From Eukaryota sp. TZLM1-RC (Eukaryota; Protista; Metamonada: BaSk clade), in contig JAUPSS010000003.1 in assembly GCA_040285825.1 (NCBI GenBank), forward strand, positions 1,426,001 to 1,490,000: DNA of 64,000 nucleotides, in the 5' to 3' direction. Below the pieces are notes generated by a model, which saw nothing but the letters and a program-made list of their open reading frames with translations, did not search any database and was not told the DNA's origin. A program made the position numbers and the translations under genes. The stretch's first letter is position 1. The number at the start of each line of letters is the position of its first letter. Of this stretch, positions 13,225 to 24,760 are shown one piece after another.

Positions 13225-13362
13225 TGAGATAAGAAGCAGATGTTAATAAGAGAGGATAAGCTAGACGTATGGAGATAGAGTCAGGGTGGAGCTTGGAAGA
13301 ATCGTGTACTTCAACTGGATGAGGATGTTTCTTCATTCTTTCAAGTTTCACATTTCTAAATA

Positions 13363-14391
13363 ATGGGTCGAACCCGTCCCATCAATAAGACTCTGGCTAT
13401 TTTCGCTGGTGTTTTTGTTTATGGTTCTGCTCTTATGCTTGTTTGGGGATTCTTAGCCTCACCTTCCACCAATGTAGTCAGAAACGCCTATGGAAAGTAC
13501 TTCGTTGACGGTACTCCTATAGTCAATTTTGAACAATGCGCCGAGGAAGCTAAAAAAGAACCCACCGACCCTGTGATTCAAACGTTCCGACATGATATCC
13601 CTGACATTGATAAAGTTTTAGAAAGCAATGCTATAAACGGGAACGACATTCATCTACTTGTAACAAACTCTGGTTTTGCTCAAATGACATCGAACTTTCT
13701 GTGCTGGACGGACCGCTTAGGCCTCGACAACCTTGTTCTCGCTACAACCGACCAGAAAGCCGCCGAGTTCTTTGGAACCGTCAAGAACAGACCTGTTATA
13801 TTTGACCCTCTTCGCACCTTTTCTACGGACACCCACAAGTTTGGAACTGAGGGACACAGAACTGTTGCTTCTTCAAAGATGTTTTATGTATACGAAATAC
13901 TACGCCGTGGGTACAATGTTTTTCTTTCAGATGTTGACATTATTCCTTTTGAAAAGGATGTTTTCCAATACGTCAAGCAGAATCACCCATGTGACCTTGC
14001 CATTCAGTCTGATTCCCCGCCTCCTTATAGTTCTAAAATCAAGTTAAACACTGGCTTCTTTTATATTCGGAGTAATCCTCGTACCATACGGTTTTTAGAA
14101 AAGGTTTTGTCATATAGGCTTGCTAATCCAGATCAGCATGAACAAGAGGCTCTGAATAACGTTCTAGCGAAGGACGAACGATGTATATCTACTTGTGTGT
14201 TGGATCGTTATCTGTATCCTAATGGACATATGTTCTTCACTTATAAGTTAGTTGAAAAGGCACAGGTCAAGCCAAAGATGGTTCATGTGAATTATTATGA
14301 ATATGATTCAAAAGTAGCTTTATTAAAACATCATAAATGGTGGATTTTAGATCCAAAAGAGGAAGGTAAATGTGTAAATCTTTTTAAATAA
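13363..14391 (+). CDS. Type II membrane nucleotide-diphospho-sugar transferase (GT77-like glycosyltransferase)
   Basis: N-terminal TM helix, ILRRGYNVFLSDVD (DxD), NTGFFYIRSN, HEQEALN, VHVNY...K. Confidence 0.85.
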   Translation: MGRTRPINKTLAIFAGVFVYGSALMLVWGFLASPSTNVVRNAYGKYFVDGTPIVNFEQCAEEAKKEPTDPVIQTFRHDIPDIDKVLESNAINGNDIHLLVTNSGFAQMTSNFLCWTDRLGLDNLVLATTDQKAAEFFGTVKNRPVIFDPLRTFSTDTHKFGTEGHRTVASSKMFYVYEILRRGYNVFLSDVDIIPFEKDVFQYVKQNHPCDLAIQSDSPPPYSSKIKLNTGFFYIRSNPRTIRFLEKVLSYRLANPDQHEQEALNNVLAKDERCISTCVLDRYLYPNGHMFFTYKLVEKAQVKPKMVHVNYYEYDSKVALLKHHKWWILDPKEEGKCVNLFK

Positions 14392-14539
14392 ATTGTGGTT
14401 CATTTTTCTGTGGATTAATTCCCCAATTTAGATGTTAAACGCTACGTTATTCTACTATGATTCACACACAATAAACTCCTACACAAAATTCTTCTTCTTG
14501 CTCTAGTGGTTATGGGTTTGAAGTATGACATGCTTCTCA

Positions 14540-14720
14540 ACCCTGAAACCGATATACGTACTCTCAAGAACCATGCAACCGAAGATACTCAATAAGATGG
14601 ACCAATAGGAGATGTCAAAATTCTCAACAAATCTATTGCTCCTTGAACTATAGGAGAAGGACTTATAAAGAAAACATCATCCATATATGCTACAATTGCC
14701 TTTTCTAGTTAGAGTCTTGA
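14540..14720 (-). mobile_element. Reverse-transcriptase fragment of a non-LTR retrotransposon
   Basis: Minus strand reads AIVAYMDDVFFIS (14660-14700), the RT catalytic YxDD motif. Confidence 0.65.
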
Positions 14721-15090
14721 ATTGATGTTGTCAAATTTAGATGTTTTGGTTGCATCAGATCCTTTTGATTTTTCCACAAGAGCAATATTTGCCAATAGCT
14801 GCATTTCATTGATGGATGAAATGATTACTCATTCTAAAGTCCAAAAAGAAGATTATCTGTAAAGAGTTAGCAATTCAAGCGCTTAGTGGCTGCATCTTTT
14901 CTGCTAGAGAATGTAGTATATGGTTTTCTGATGGAATAGAATGATAGATACACCGTGTGCGGTGGCTTAAAAGTGTTGCAAGCTCAGTATTTCACCTTGA
15001 TTGTTAATAGAAAAATTGTTGTTTATTGATCAAACGTATTTTGTATACTGAAAATTAAATATATTTTTCGTTGAGTGATATCAATAATTC

Positions 15091-18000
15091 TTTTTATTTA
15101 ATTATTTTTTTTTGAAACGCAAACAAAACAACTAAACAAAAAACTAGAACTCAATATCCTCAATACACGCATAAACATCATCAAACCTCTTCATTGCGCT
15201 ATTCTCATACTCTATTCCTAACTGTAACAGTGCTTTGGTCATCATTTGGGCAATTGCCGTAAGAATACTGAAAACAATTCTATTGAGCCAAAAATTGACA
15301 TTCAATTCTTTTCCCGCTCTTTCTTTTATTAAACTTCTGAAACCTTCGACAAATTTAATTCCAGATATTCCAATGTTAGCAAAAAAAGAAATAGCAAATG
15401 GAACCAGCTGATATTTGACATGATCGATCAACACGTCCTAGCTGAGATAAGAGCTCATAGTTATTTTTGATTTTGCTTTTTTCAGCAAAGCAGAGCGAAA
15501 TTTCATTCTTATTGGCAACATCCATTGCTAAATCCTTACAAACATCAACAGTGACAACATTAACAATTTCTATCACAACATCAGACAATGGTGTAATAAA
15601 ATCAGCACGGCGTTTCCCATAAGTATTATCATCTTCATTTTCAGGTGACAACTTACGCACAAGAGGTTCAACAAAACCTTCAATGTGGTGGCTTTTGCAT
15701 ATAGCATATAGTTAGTCTCTAACAGCATCGTGAACAACTGAGCGATATGTAATATTAAATTTACAATTGAATCAATGATTCAGATTGATCAGCATGCATT
15801 CAATTCACTCAGTCGTTGCAGTATTCATGGTGCTTTGTTGCAATATATTTGTTGCCGGAATTAATACCGTATTTCCAATCAACATATAGCACAAATTCTA
15901 ATTTACATTTTGGTAATTGCATTTTGAGTTCATCAAGTGGTGTAAAGCAAGGAGATCCGTTAAGACATCTTTTGTTTTGTTTGGCCATTCATACTACTTT
16001 ATTACAAATTCAAAAGATGTTTCCTTTGCTGAAAATGATTGCATATATGGATGATGTTGTTCTTATAGGTGATTTAAATATTGTGAAAAAAGCAACTGTA
16101 TGTTTTAAAGAATTATTTACCAAAATTGGTCTCCGACTTAATTTACTCAAATATGTTTTGTTATCGAATTCCCCAGTTTCTACAATAGTTGATGGTATTG
16201 AAATTCAAGCCAAATTATATTCAATTGATGCTATTCGTCATTTGGGTTCGTTTTTAGGAAATAATGATGAAATTGCCAAAAAATTGTTTGAAAAGTTCAA
16301 TTTCTGACAAAATTGACCGAATGATGAATTTAGATATAAAAAAACACAACAAATTTACCATTATAAGACTGTGTTTTAGTTACAACTTCAATCATATATT
16401 TCGATCTAAAAATCCTCTCGTCACTAGACCTTTGGCTCAGAATTGTAATGAGTTACGTGCAAAAGTTCTGTCTCAATTACTGGGATGTAAAATGTTTCAA
16501 ATTCCAGATCATGCTTACCTTAGTCCACATTATGGCGGTTTAGGGTGGACGAAGGCTTCTATTCTTACCTCGTGTGCTTTTGTTGGTGGATGCAGAAATG
16601 CAATCTTTGAGTTTTCCGAAAGATTTGCAGATTGGGAAGATTTATTGATGACAACGCAAAGTTCCACTGTTTTTGCATTAAATGAAGAAATTTAAAAAAT
16701 TGATGTAGAAAAATGGGGTCGATGTTTTCCCCAATCATTCAATGGCAATATTCCAGAAAAAAATGTGTTAAATTTGAAGTACACTCTTCGAACATTAAAG
16801 AAACGATTGACTGGAATGTATGAAAAAGATCTTTATAATAATATATGCAGCTCGGCTGTTTTAAATCAAGATCTTCACTCATTGTTATTGGAAAAGGGTG
16901 TTTGTGAAAACAAGTCGTCAGATTCTTCACTTTTTGTAACTATTGTACCACGAAGATTTGGATTGTGTGCCACTAATGAAGCATTTGTAACAAAAATGAG
17001 ATTATATTTGAACATCCCCATTAATCAATTATTATCAAAAGAAAAATGTATTTGTTCGAATTTCCCTCAACTCACTTTGCACCATGCTCTGAATTGTTCT
17101 AAATTGATAACTTATCGTTCTTCATTACATGATGCTTTTAGAGACACTGTTTTTAATATGGCACAAACTGCAAGAATATCATGTATCAAAGAGCCTCTGC
17201 TGAACGAAACACTGTCTCTGAATAATTTTGGTTCTGATGATAGAGGTGATGTATACTGTGATTGGAATGATAATTCTGAAGCTATTGTTAACTTTGTCTC
17301 ATGTACTGTTGCACCCCCCAAATGATACTTTGGTTCACAGAAGAAAACCCAATCCTGTGAGTGCTCTTGATTTTAAAGCAAAAGAAAAACATAGAAAATA
17401 TGATGAAGATATTGAAGAGGCTAATGTCGATAGGATTACACAGCTGGTTTTTATTGTTTTCCCATTTTCGATAAATGGAGGATTATCAGATGAAGCAGAA
17501 ACTTTTTTGAATAACTTCCAAAAAATGGTCCAAGAAAAAACAATGAAAAGATTTGACATTTTTTATGACGTTTTCGGATTCAATTTGCCATTACAAATAG
17601 ATTACCTCGGTTTTCCAATCAAATAAGAGAAGTTTTAGCTAGACAGCAAGCAGATCAAGATTTTGCAGAGAAAATCTTGGTTCAATGATAGTCGTCCCTT
17701 TAGTGATGAATTAATTTAATTAAGTGTGCTTGTTCAATAAACATTGAATTGACGATTTGACCACAACGACAAATCAAATCATTTGGCATACTACATGGCC
17801 ACAGAAAACACCTCATCCTTAGGGCAGTTGTCCATTGATGATCATTCAACAATATACCATAGACATTTAAAATTTGGGAAATGAGACAGCTTGAGCTACT
17901 TTCCTTAAGATCAATTCAAAAGTGAGCAAAGACGGGATCTTTTTCCTTAGCCAAGAAGAACCAATTTCGAGCAAATTATCCAAAAATTTGGTTCTTAATT

Positions 18001-18130
18001 CGTTGAAAATTCTGCAAAATTCAAGAGAAATTGATGCTGTGGTTGAACGCAGGATATCAGTAAATTTACCTCATTAAAAAATTCTGAGAAAGAAGAATTT
18101 GAAATGTTTCTCTATGTTTAAATCTAAAAG
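15091..18130 (-). mobile_element. RLE non-LTR retrotransposon family B, truncated and internally deleted, split by a family A copy (15794-17757)
   Basis: 15091-15793 and 17758-18130 match the family B copy at 19580-21035 (HDAVRD, GKRRAD, ...IEDIEF*; RMRCFLWPCS...CRCGQ|LINLNH is continuous across the insert). Confidence 0.85.
15794..17757 (+). mobile_element. RLE non-LTR retrotransposon family A (RT, zinc finger and endonuclease), frameshifted
   Basis: GVKQGDPL, IAYMDD, GGLG, CIC...HALNC...HDAFRD, RGDV, KEKHRKY; ends EKILVQ* plus aataaa. Confidence 0.9.
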
Positions 18131-18362
18131 AACAGCAAGTTCCTGTTCAAAATTTGGTAAAAATTTGATTTATAGGTTTTGAATAAAATTAAATTTTAAA
18201 AAAAAATTTGGTAAAAGAGATGAAAGTTGATTTCGAATTTCATCAAAATTTTCTAGATGACAACCTGAATCTAAATCCTGATTCATAATTGCTATTAGTC
18301 AACCCTCTCATATTTCACTTTCTGTCACGGCGTCAAAGTCGTACTGTTTCTCTGTCAAAACG

Positions 18363-21035
18363 ATGCCATTGGCTGATAGTGACTCTGATACTGATTGGAA
18401 CGCCCGAGTAAAGATTCTACCAGTCAGACCAAGCTCATCTTCTTTACTTCTCCACTGTCCCCGCAATACAAGCTATACTCGAAATTCATCTCAAAAAAAT
18501 TTCAATTCAAAAACTGATCATTGCACCAGAACAAACACACAAAAACCACAATTACGTTCCTTACGTTCTGTTGCGCGTTCCATCAACAACTCCGTTTCTC
18601 AAAATTTGTTTGCTCCAGCTGAAATTGGAAAAAGTCAAAAATCTATTTCTACTTTTAACTCACCAATTGACACAATAAAAATAACTGAAAAAAATAAAAC
18701 CATTACCATTAAAAACTGGAAAAGTTCATTCTCTGATGTGTGGTAAATGTCGTCAACCGGGACATAACGTTAAAACATGTCCCTAAATAAAACAAGAACA
18801 ATTAAAAGCTCGTGCTACATCTGCTGATTTGAAACAATCCCTCTCTTCGTTACCCATAAATGATGATAATGCTGATCAAGAAATACCAGCAATAGTACCA
18901 CCAATAGTAAATTTATCCATTGATTCTCCGAATAATGAGTGTATATTTTGTACCAAAAATTTGGGCATTAATTCTTCTGGCCGACCATTACGTTTTTGCG
19001 AATCATGTAAAGCTGTTGATTCCTTGAGGCCTCCAATACGTGTTCCATCACAGGTAAGTCCTCTTTCTTGCATCCCCTTTTCAATTAGTTTTCGAAAATT
19101 TACAACCAATTTAAAAAAAAGGCATATGGGATGTAACACCGCTATGGAAATTTTTTTGCTTAAAGATAAAAAATTATTGTCATCGAAATCAAAATTTCGT
19201 CTTTCAGTAATGAAGAAAGAAAAAATTGTTCGAAAATTAGCTGTAAAAGGGACGCTATGGTTCCACTAAGCAATGCCTGTTTTCCTCTGAACTTGCAGAA
19301 TGTAATGAAAACACTATTGCTCAACTAAAGAGTCTCCATCCTGTTGATAATTTCAAGTGCCCTAAACCTAATAATGTTAGTTATTGGGAGTTATTGGGAG
19401 CAAAATCCCTTCTATTTCTTTCTCTAAATATTTCCAAATGTTTATTGATTGGTAGAGAGCCTGCTGATCTCATTATTAATGGTCAAAGTGTTCCTTTTAT
19501 CAATTATTTTGAATCAGGATTTCGTTTTTGAGGTTGTTATTTAGGCAACTTTGATGAAATTCGAAATCAACTTTCCCTCTTGGATAATTTTGAAGAAGAA
19601 TTGATGGTTGTTTCAGATTTAAATATTGAAAAACATCTTAAATTTTTCTTCCTCAGAATTTGTTATTCAGGGAAATTTACTCATATTTTACGATCAACAT
19701 CACCATCTATTTCTCTCGAATTTTGCAGAATTTTTAATGAATTAAGAACAAAATTTTTGGCTAATTTGCTCGTTATTGATTCTTCTTTTTTACGTAGTCA
19801 TATTTTTTGTAGCACAGAATTGGGTGGCCTGGATTTTCACAAATCAAAATATTTGTGTAAAGCCGCATCCATCGGTGGAGGAAAAAATTTCGTTTTTGAA
19901 TTTTTGAAACGTTTTCCTGAAAACCAGCATTTAATAGAATGTTGTGTTAGTGACTATTTAGTGTCCTTGCAGAGTGAAATTGAATGCATCTCTCCTGACA
20001 TATGTTCCAAATGCTTTCCTGCTGATATTCAAGAAATTCCACCCAGGAGTTTGATTTCCTTGAAATTTGCATATGCTAAATTGCAGAAAAAGATATTAAA
20101 AGTTTTTGAACACTTGGATTTCACTGTTCGTCTTAGCTTGGCTAAAGAAAAGAATCCCGTTTTTGCAAACTTTTTAATTGACCTCAAAGATAGTAGCTCA
20201 AGTTGTCTTATTTCCCAGATTCCAAATGTATATCGTCTATTATTAAATGATCATCAATGGACAACTGCATTCAGGATGAGATGTTTTCTGTGGCCATGTA
20301 GTGTGCCAAATGATTTGATTTGTCGTTGTGGTCAGCTCATTAATCTGAATCATTTATTTAATTGCAAATTTAATATTACATATAGCTCAGTTGTTCACGA
20401 TGCTGTTAGAGACCAACTATACGCAATGTGCAAAAGTCATCACATCAAAGCTTTTGTTGAACCACTTGTGCGAAGGTTGTCATCTGAAAATGAAGATGAA
20501 AATACTTTTGGGAAACGCCGTGCTGATTTAATTATCCTGCGTCTGATCGTGTTATTAAAGTTGTTGATGTTGTTACTGTTGGTGTTTGTAAAGACTCAGC
20601 AATTGATTTTGCTAAAAGAGACGAAACAGCACTTTGCTTTGCTGAAAAGAGCAAAATCAAAAAGTACAATGAACCCTTATCGCAGCTAGGACGTATTGAG
20701 CATGTCAAGTATCAGTTGGTTCCATTTGCTGTTCCTCTTTTTGGTAACATTGGAATATCTGGCACTAAATTTCTTGAAGGATTCAGAAGTTTAATAAAAG
20801 AAAGAGCAGGAAAAGAATTGAACTTCAATTTCTGGCACAATAGAATTGTTTTTAGTATTCTTAAAGCAATTCCAGAAATGTTGACCAAAGCACTGTTACA
20901 ATTAGGAATAGAGTATGAAAATCGCGCGCTGAAAAGATTTGATGATGTTGATGCGTGTATTGAGGATATTGAGTTCTAGTTTTTTGTTTAATTTTTTGTT
21001 AGCGTTGAAAATAAATTTCAATTTATAAAAAAATA
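18363..21035 (+). mobile_element. Longest RLE non-LTR retrotransposon family B copy; RT core deleted
   Basis: N-terminal CCHC knuckle CGKCRQPGHNVKTC (~18738-18780), thumb GGL, CRCG...HLFNC...HDAVRD, GKRRADL, ends IEDIEF* with an A-rich tail. Confidence 0.85.
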
Positions 21036-21040
21036 ATTGT

Positions 21041-21250
21041 AGATGAAAGGAACAGTTAGACCATCAATAACGAGTTCAGAAGGTCTCTACCAATTAATAA
21101 ACATTTGGAAATGTTTAATGAAAGACCAATGTCATAATAGCACTGTTGTAACAACTTTAGCAATTTTTCTCAATGAATCAATCGGAATAATTAGTGATTT
21201 CAGAAGACAAATAAAAAATAAAATTTTCCTTGTTAGATAGAAAAAGTTGT
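21041..21250 (-). mobile_element. Small non-LTR RT fragment
   Basis: Minus strand resembles the post-YxDD segment at 19420-19500 (GLSLNISKCLLIGR...IDGLTVPFI). Confidence 0.55.
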
Positions 21251-21393
21251 TTGTCTACACAATTGAACATCCTATTTCCTGAAAAAAAATTTCTGTAAGA
21301 TGTGAGACAAGAGGTCAGGGGACAAAATAAAAACAACTCAGTTACTGCTTTTGTTTCCACATTTTTTACCTCCCTTCATTACACCTTTCAAAA

Positions 21394-21756
21394 ATGGTTT
21401 ATGATGAAGACATGGAATATGCTCCCATCTCTCCTGTCGGTGATGAAGGACCCACTGAGCCAATGGAACCAGAGATAATAACAGAACCAGTATCAGTAGC
21501 TTCACAACCTTCTCAAGAGCGTGTTACCACTCCCTACCTTACTAAATATGAAAGAGCTCGTATATTAGGAGCTCGTGCACTGCAGATATCCCTTAATGCC
21601 CCTGTTTTGGTTGAAGTTGACAAGGAGACAGACCCACTGGAAATTGCGGAAAAGGAGCTGATTGCAAAGAAGATTCCATTCACCATAAGACGCTATTTGC
21701 CTGATGGGTCATATGAAGATTGGCATCTCAATGATCTAATCACTGAAACTTCCTAA
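21394..21756 (+). CDS. RPB6: RNA polymerase I/II/III shared subunit RPB6 (POLR2F)
   Basis: [24 protein letters not shown]...[17 protein letters not shown]. Confidence 0.97.
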   Translation: MVYDEDMEYAPISPVGDEGPTEPMEPEIITEPVSVASQPSQERVTTPYLTKYERARILGARALQISLNAPVLVEVDKETDPLEIAEKELIAKKIPFTIRRYLPDGSYEDWHLNDLITETS

Positions 21757-22287
21757 GTTGACCATTTGGGGTTTGTTGCCTTTTTGTTTTTATATTTTTA
21801 GACTTGGTATTGATTCTATTCAGCTGAAAGGTGTTTGTTATTGCTTTTTGAGTTGTTAGGGGTATTTAATAAAGAATTTTGGTTGTATTTTGGCAATATT
21901 ACAGATTTATTGGCATTTGTTCTGATCAATGTTCTTGAAGTCAGAGAAAGCAGTATTGACAACTTTCAATCCAACGCAAATTTTGGGCAGGGTTGTTATT
22001 GGTGGTTAGATTTGAGTACTATCATAAAGAGTTATCCTTGAAATATAATTGCCTCTATAGTGTTCATGGACAGAACTAGACGCAACAGATTCAATTATAA
22101 GTACTTATTAATTCAAAATATGCTTTATTTATTTAGTTCAAGGAAGACAATGAGCATACGGCTCTTCCAGCAATGAGGTGTGAATGAGGGCGATATATTG
22201 GCTGGTTTTTTCAATATCTGTTTCTCATATCTAAAGTTGCTGTCTTATCATCTTCGGCTTCACTGATTAACTCCACACCTTCGTACC

Positions 22288-24573
22288 ATGATGAATACGT
22301 TACTGGAACCATGTTCGTCTATAGATCTTTTCAACCGCTATGGTACTCCGTCTACTATTCACAAATTCTTGTCAGACGTTACGGTCACTATTGATGATTC
22401 CAAGTCTCTCACCAACCATATAGCCTTCCTGTATGGTACTCGCTCCTCTATTCGGCTCTTCTCTTCATCCACAACCCTTTCCTCAACATTTGATCCTTTT
22501 TTCTCAGAACAATGGAGCTTTGATCCCAACACACTGACTCTAACCTCCACTGATCAGATCATTTACTTTTCATTCATCCAATCTAACCATGGAATTTTCT
22601 TTGTAGCTATTAGCAAAACCCATTCAGTTATTCTTTTGCGTTTTATGGAAAAATCTTGGAGAGTTGTAAAATTCAATGATGAACACCTCAAAAAAGTTAT
22701 TGAATCCCAATTTATTTATTGTAATTTGTCTGATTATTTGGTGTTTTTTTCTGAAAATTCTGTTATTTTAAACATCTTTGTTTCAATCAACTCACGTGAT
22801 CTTCAAGGTATCTTGAAATTTTCCGTTCCTGTTAACGTTTCTAAATCAGATGTAGCCTTTCCTTCAGAGTTCAATGTCTCTTTTTCCCAACCATGTCAAT
22901 CGTCAAAATTTTTGCAGTTGATCTCTATTAATTATAAGTTGGACGGTTCCAAAAATTTTGCCAATATTTCACAAGAAAACAACAATTTTTTGGTTGTCAG
23001 TGATTCTCAGATTTTTCTTTGTTCATTTGATTACAAAAAACTTTATTTTCATAGAATTCCGTCTAAATTTGGTCGTTTTGTTTATAATTCAGCTTCCATT
23101 TTTGCAAATAATGAATGTATTTACCTCCGATATTTACACTGTTTTGATAAGACGACCTTTATTATGTTACTGGCATTAACCTTTGGACCATCCAAAACAG
23201 TATCTGCAATCACAATAGATAGAATTATTCCAATCAAAAATGATTGTTTCAATCCCATCAAGGTTCTTGTGCCCCACACCCTTCTTGTTCTTGGCAAACG
23301 TAATGAATCCAATGATGAGCAAGATGCCAAGTTGAGAATTTTTCTTCTTGGGAATTCAGTTGAATTTGGTCAATTAATCAACTACAGTAAGCTATTCATA
23401 TATCCTGTTGGAAATCTTTTTTTATACGAGAATTCAACTGAATTCCATACTTTTAGGCTGAAAAATTTCCACTATTTCCTCAAAAATTCATCCATAATGA
23501 CAGACGAAGAGCTGACAGTGGAAAATTTCGTTCTCATGTCTTCTTTGAATAATTTGGCATGTGAGCTTTACTACTTTGACGAAGCTAGTCGTCTTTGTAT
23601 TCAAATTTTGCAGTTACTTCCCAATACCCATGATTTTCACCTTTCTTTGAATCATTTTTCAATCCTTTTATTGGAAAAAGTATTGTCTTATTGCTCAACT
23701 TTTTTGCCCAAACAATTCCTTTCTTCCTATTTGGAATCAATTTTTCCAAAAGTTTTTTGTACCAAGCTACTAGGAAACGATGTGGTCAGTCAACCACCAG
23801 CAAGGACGGTCAAAAAGAGTAATGATTTTGACCTATTAGCTGGAAAGCCGTTTAGTTTGATACCTTTTATTCGTGATTTAGAATTTTGTCAGAAATTATT
23901 CGATTATTACCACATTTTTTGTGAAAAAGAGAACGTCAGTGTCTCAAATGAGACTATGAAATTATTAATATTTGAGGAAAACCCTGCTATTTTTGAAAAC
24001 CAATATCTCGGCAATAGGGTCCCCTCTCTTTTTGAGTTGTTATGTAAAATATTGTTCCAGTTCTTCTCCCATTTGTTCGTCAAATTTGTTTTGAGTGTTC
24101 ATGACGCTTTTAAACAGGCATGTGACTCTGAAGATTCTTCTTTATCATGGACATTGATAACGACAAAGTCTTGGACTATGAGATCACCGTTGGAAAGAGC
24201 TATTGCTGTCATTTCTCCAATGATCTCTACTTCAAATAATAAGGATCACTGCAAAATTTTCGCAGCATTGTTATTCCATCAAGATATTACTCTCTATGGA
24301 GCAGCAGTTGAGTGTTTATTGAAAAACTTTGATATTGAAGCTCTAGAACAATTAATTCCATTTGACAAGCTTTCCGATGATGAGAAAAGATCCATAATGG
24401 TTCAGGTGGTTGAGAGTGTTGTTGGTAGCAGTGATTTCTCTCTTATCAATTCTATTGTTGGTTTGTGCAATTCATTTCATTTGGATGAAGATTTACCTTA
24501 TTTATTAGCTCCTTTGACCGATATACCAGGACTGACTTTAGAAAATGTACCAAATTTGAAGTTAAAAATATAA
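22288..24573 (+). CDS. Hypothetical protein (761 aa; beta-rich N-half, helical C-half)
   Basis: Long uninterrupted ORF convergent with NEMF; no motif recognised with confidence. Confidence 0.7.
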   Translation: MMNTLLEPCSSIDLFNRYGTPSTIHKFLSDVTVTIDDSKSLTNHIAFLYGTRSSIRLFSSSTTLSSTFDPFFSEQWSFDPNTLTLTSTDQIIYFSFIQSNHGIFFVAISKTHSVILLRFMEKSWRVVKFNDEHLKKVIESQFIYCNLSDYLVFFSENSVILNIFVSINSRDLQGILKFSVPVNVSKSDVAFPSEFNVSFSQPCQSSKFLQLISINYKLDGSKNFANISQENNNFLVVSDSQIFLCSFDYKKLYFHRIPSKFGRFVYNSASIFANNECIYLRYLHCFDKTTFIMLLALTFGPSKTVSAITIDRIIPIKNDCFNPIKVLVPHTLLVLGKRNESNDEQDAKLRIFLLGNSVEFGQLINYSKLFIYPVGNLFLYENSTEFHTFRLKNFHYFLKNSSIMTDEELTVENFVLMSSLNNLACELYYFDEASRLCIQILQLLPNTHDFHLSLNHFSILLLEKVLSYCSTFLPKQFLSSYLESIFPKVFCTKLLGNDVVSQPPARTVKKSNDFDLLAGKPFSLIPFIRDLEFCQKLFDYYHIFCEKENVSVSNETMKLLIFEENPAIFENQYLGNRVPSLFELLCKILFQFFSHLFVKFVLSVHDAFKQACDSEDSSLSWTLITTKSWTMRSPLERAIAVISPMISTSNNKDHCKIFAALLFHQDITLYGAAVECLLKNFDIEALEQLIPFDKLSDDEKRSIMVQVVESVVGSSDFSLINSIVGLCNSFHLDEDLPYLLAPLTDIPGLTLENVPNLKLKI

Positions 24574-24760
24574 TGATAGCTTTTGTAAATAATTTATTAC
24601 AATTTATTAATAAATTTATTGTGACTTTTTCAATTAAACACACCACCTACCAATTCCAAAAACAAAAAAAGGTAAATAAAATTGAATGAAACATATTCAG
24701 CAGATAAAAGAAATTTGTCATACAAAACGGGACACCTATTTTAATTAATAATTACTTCAA

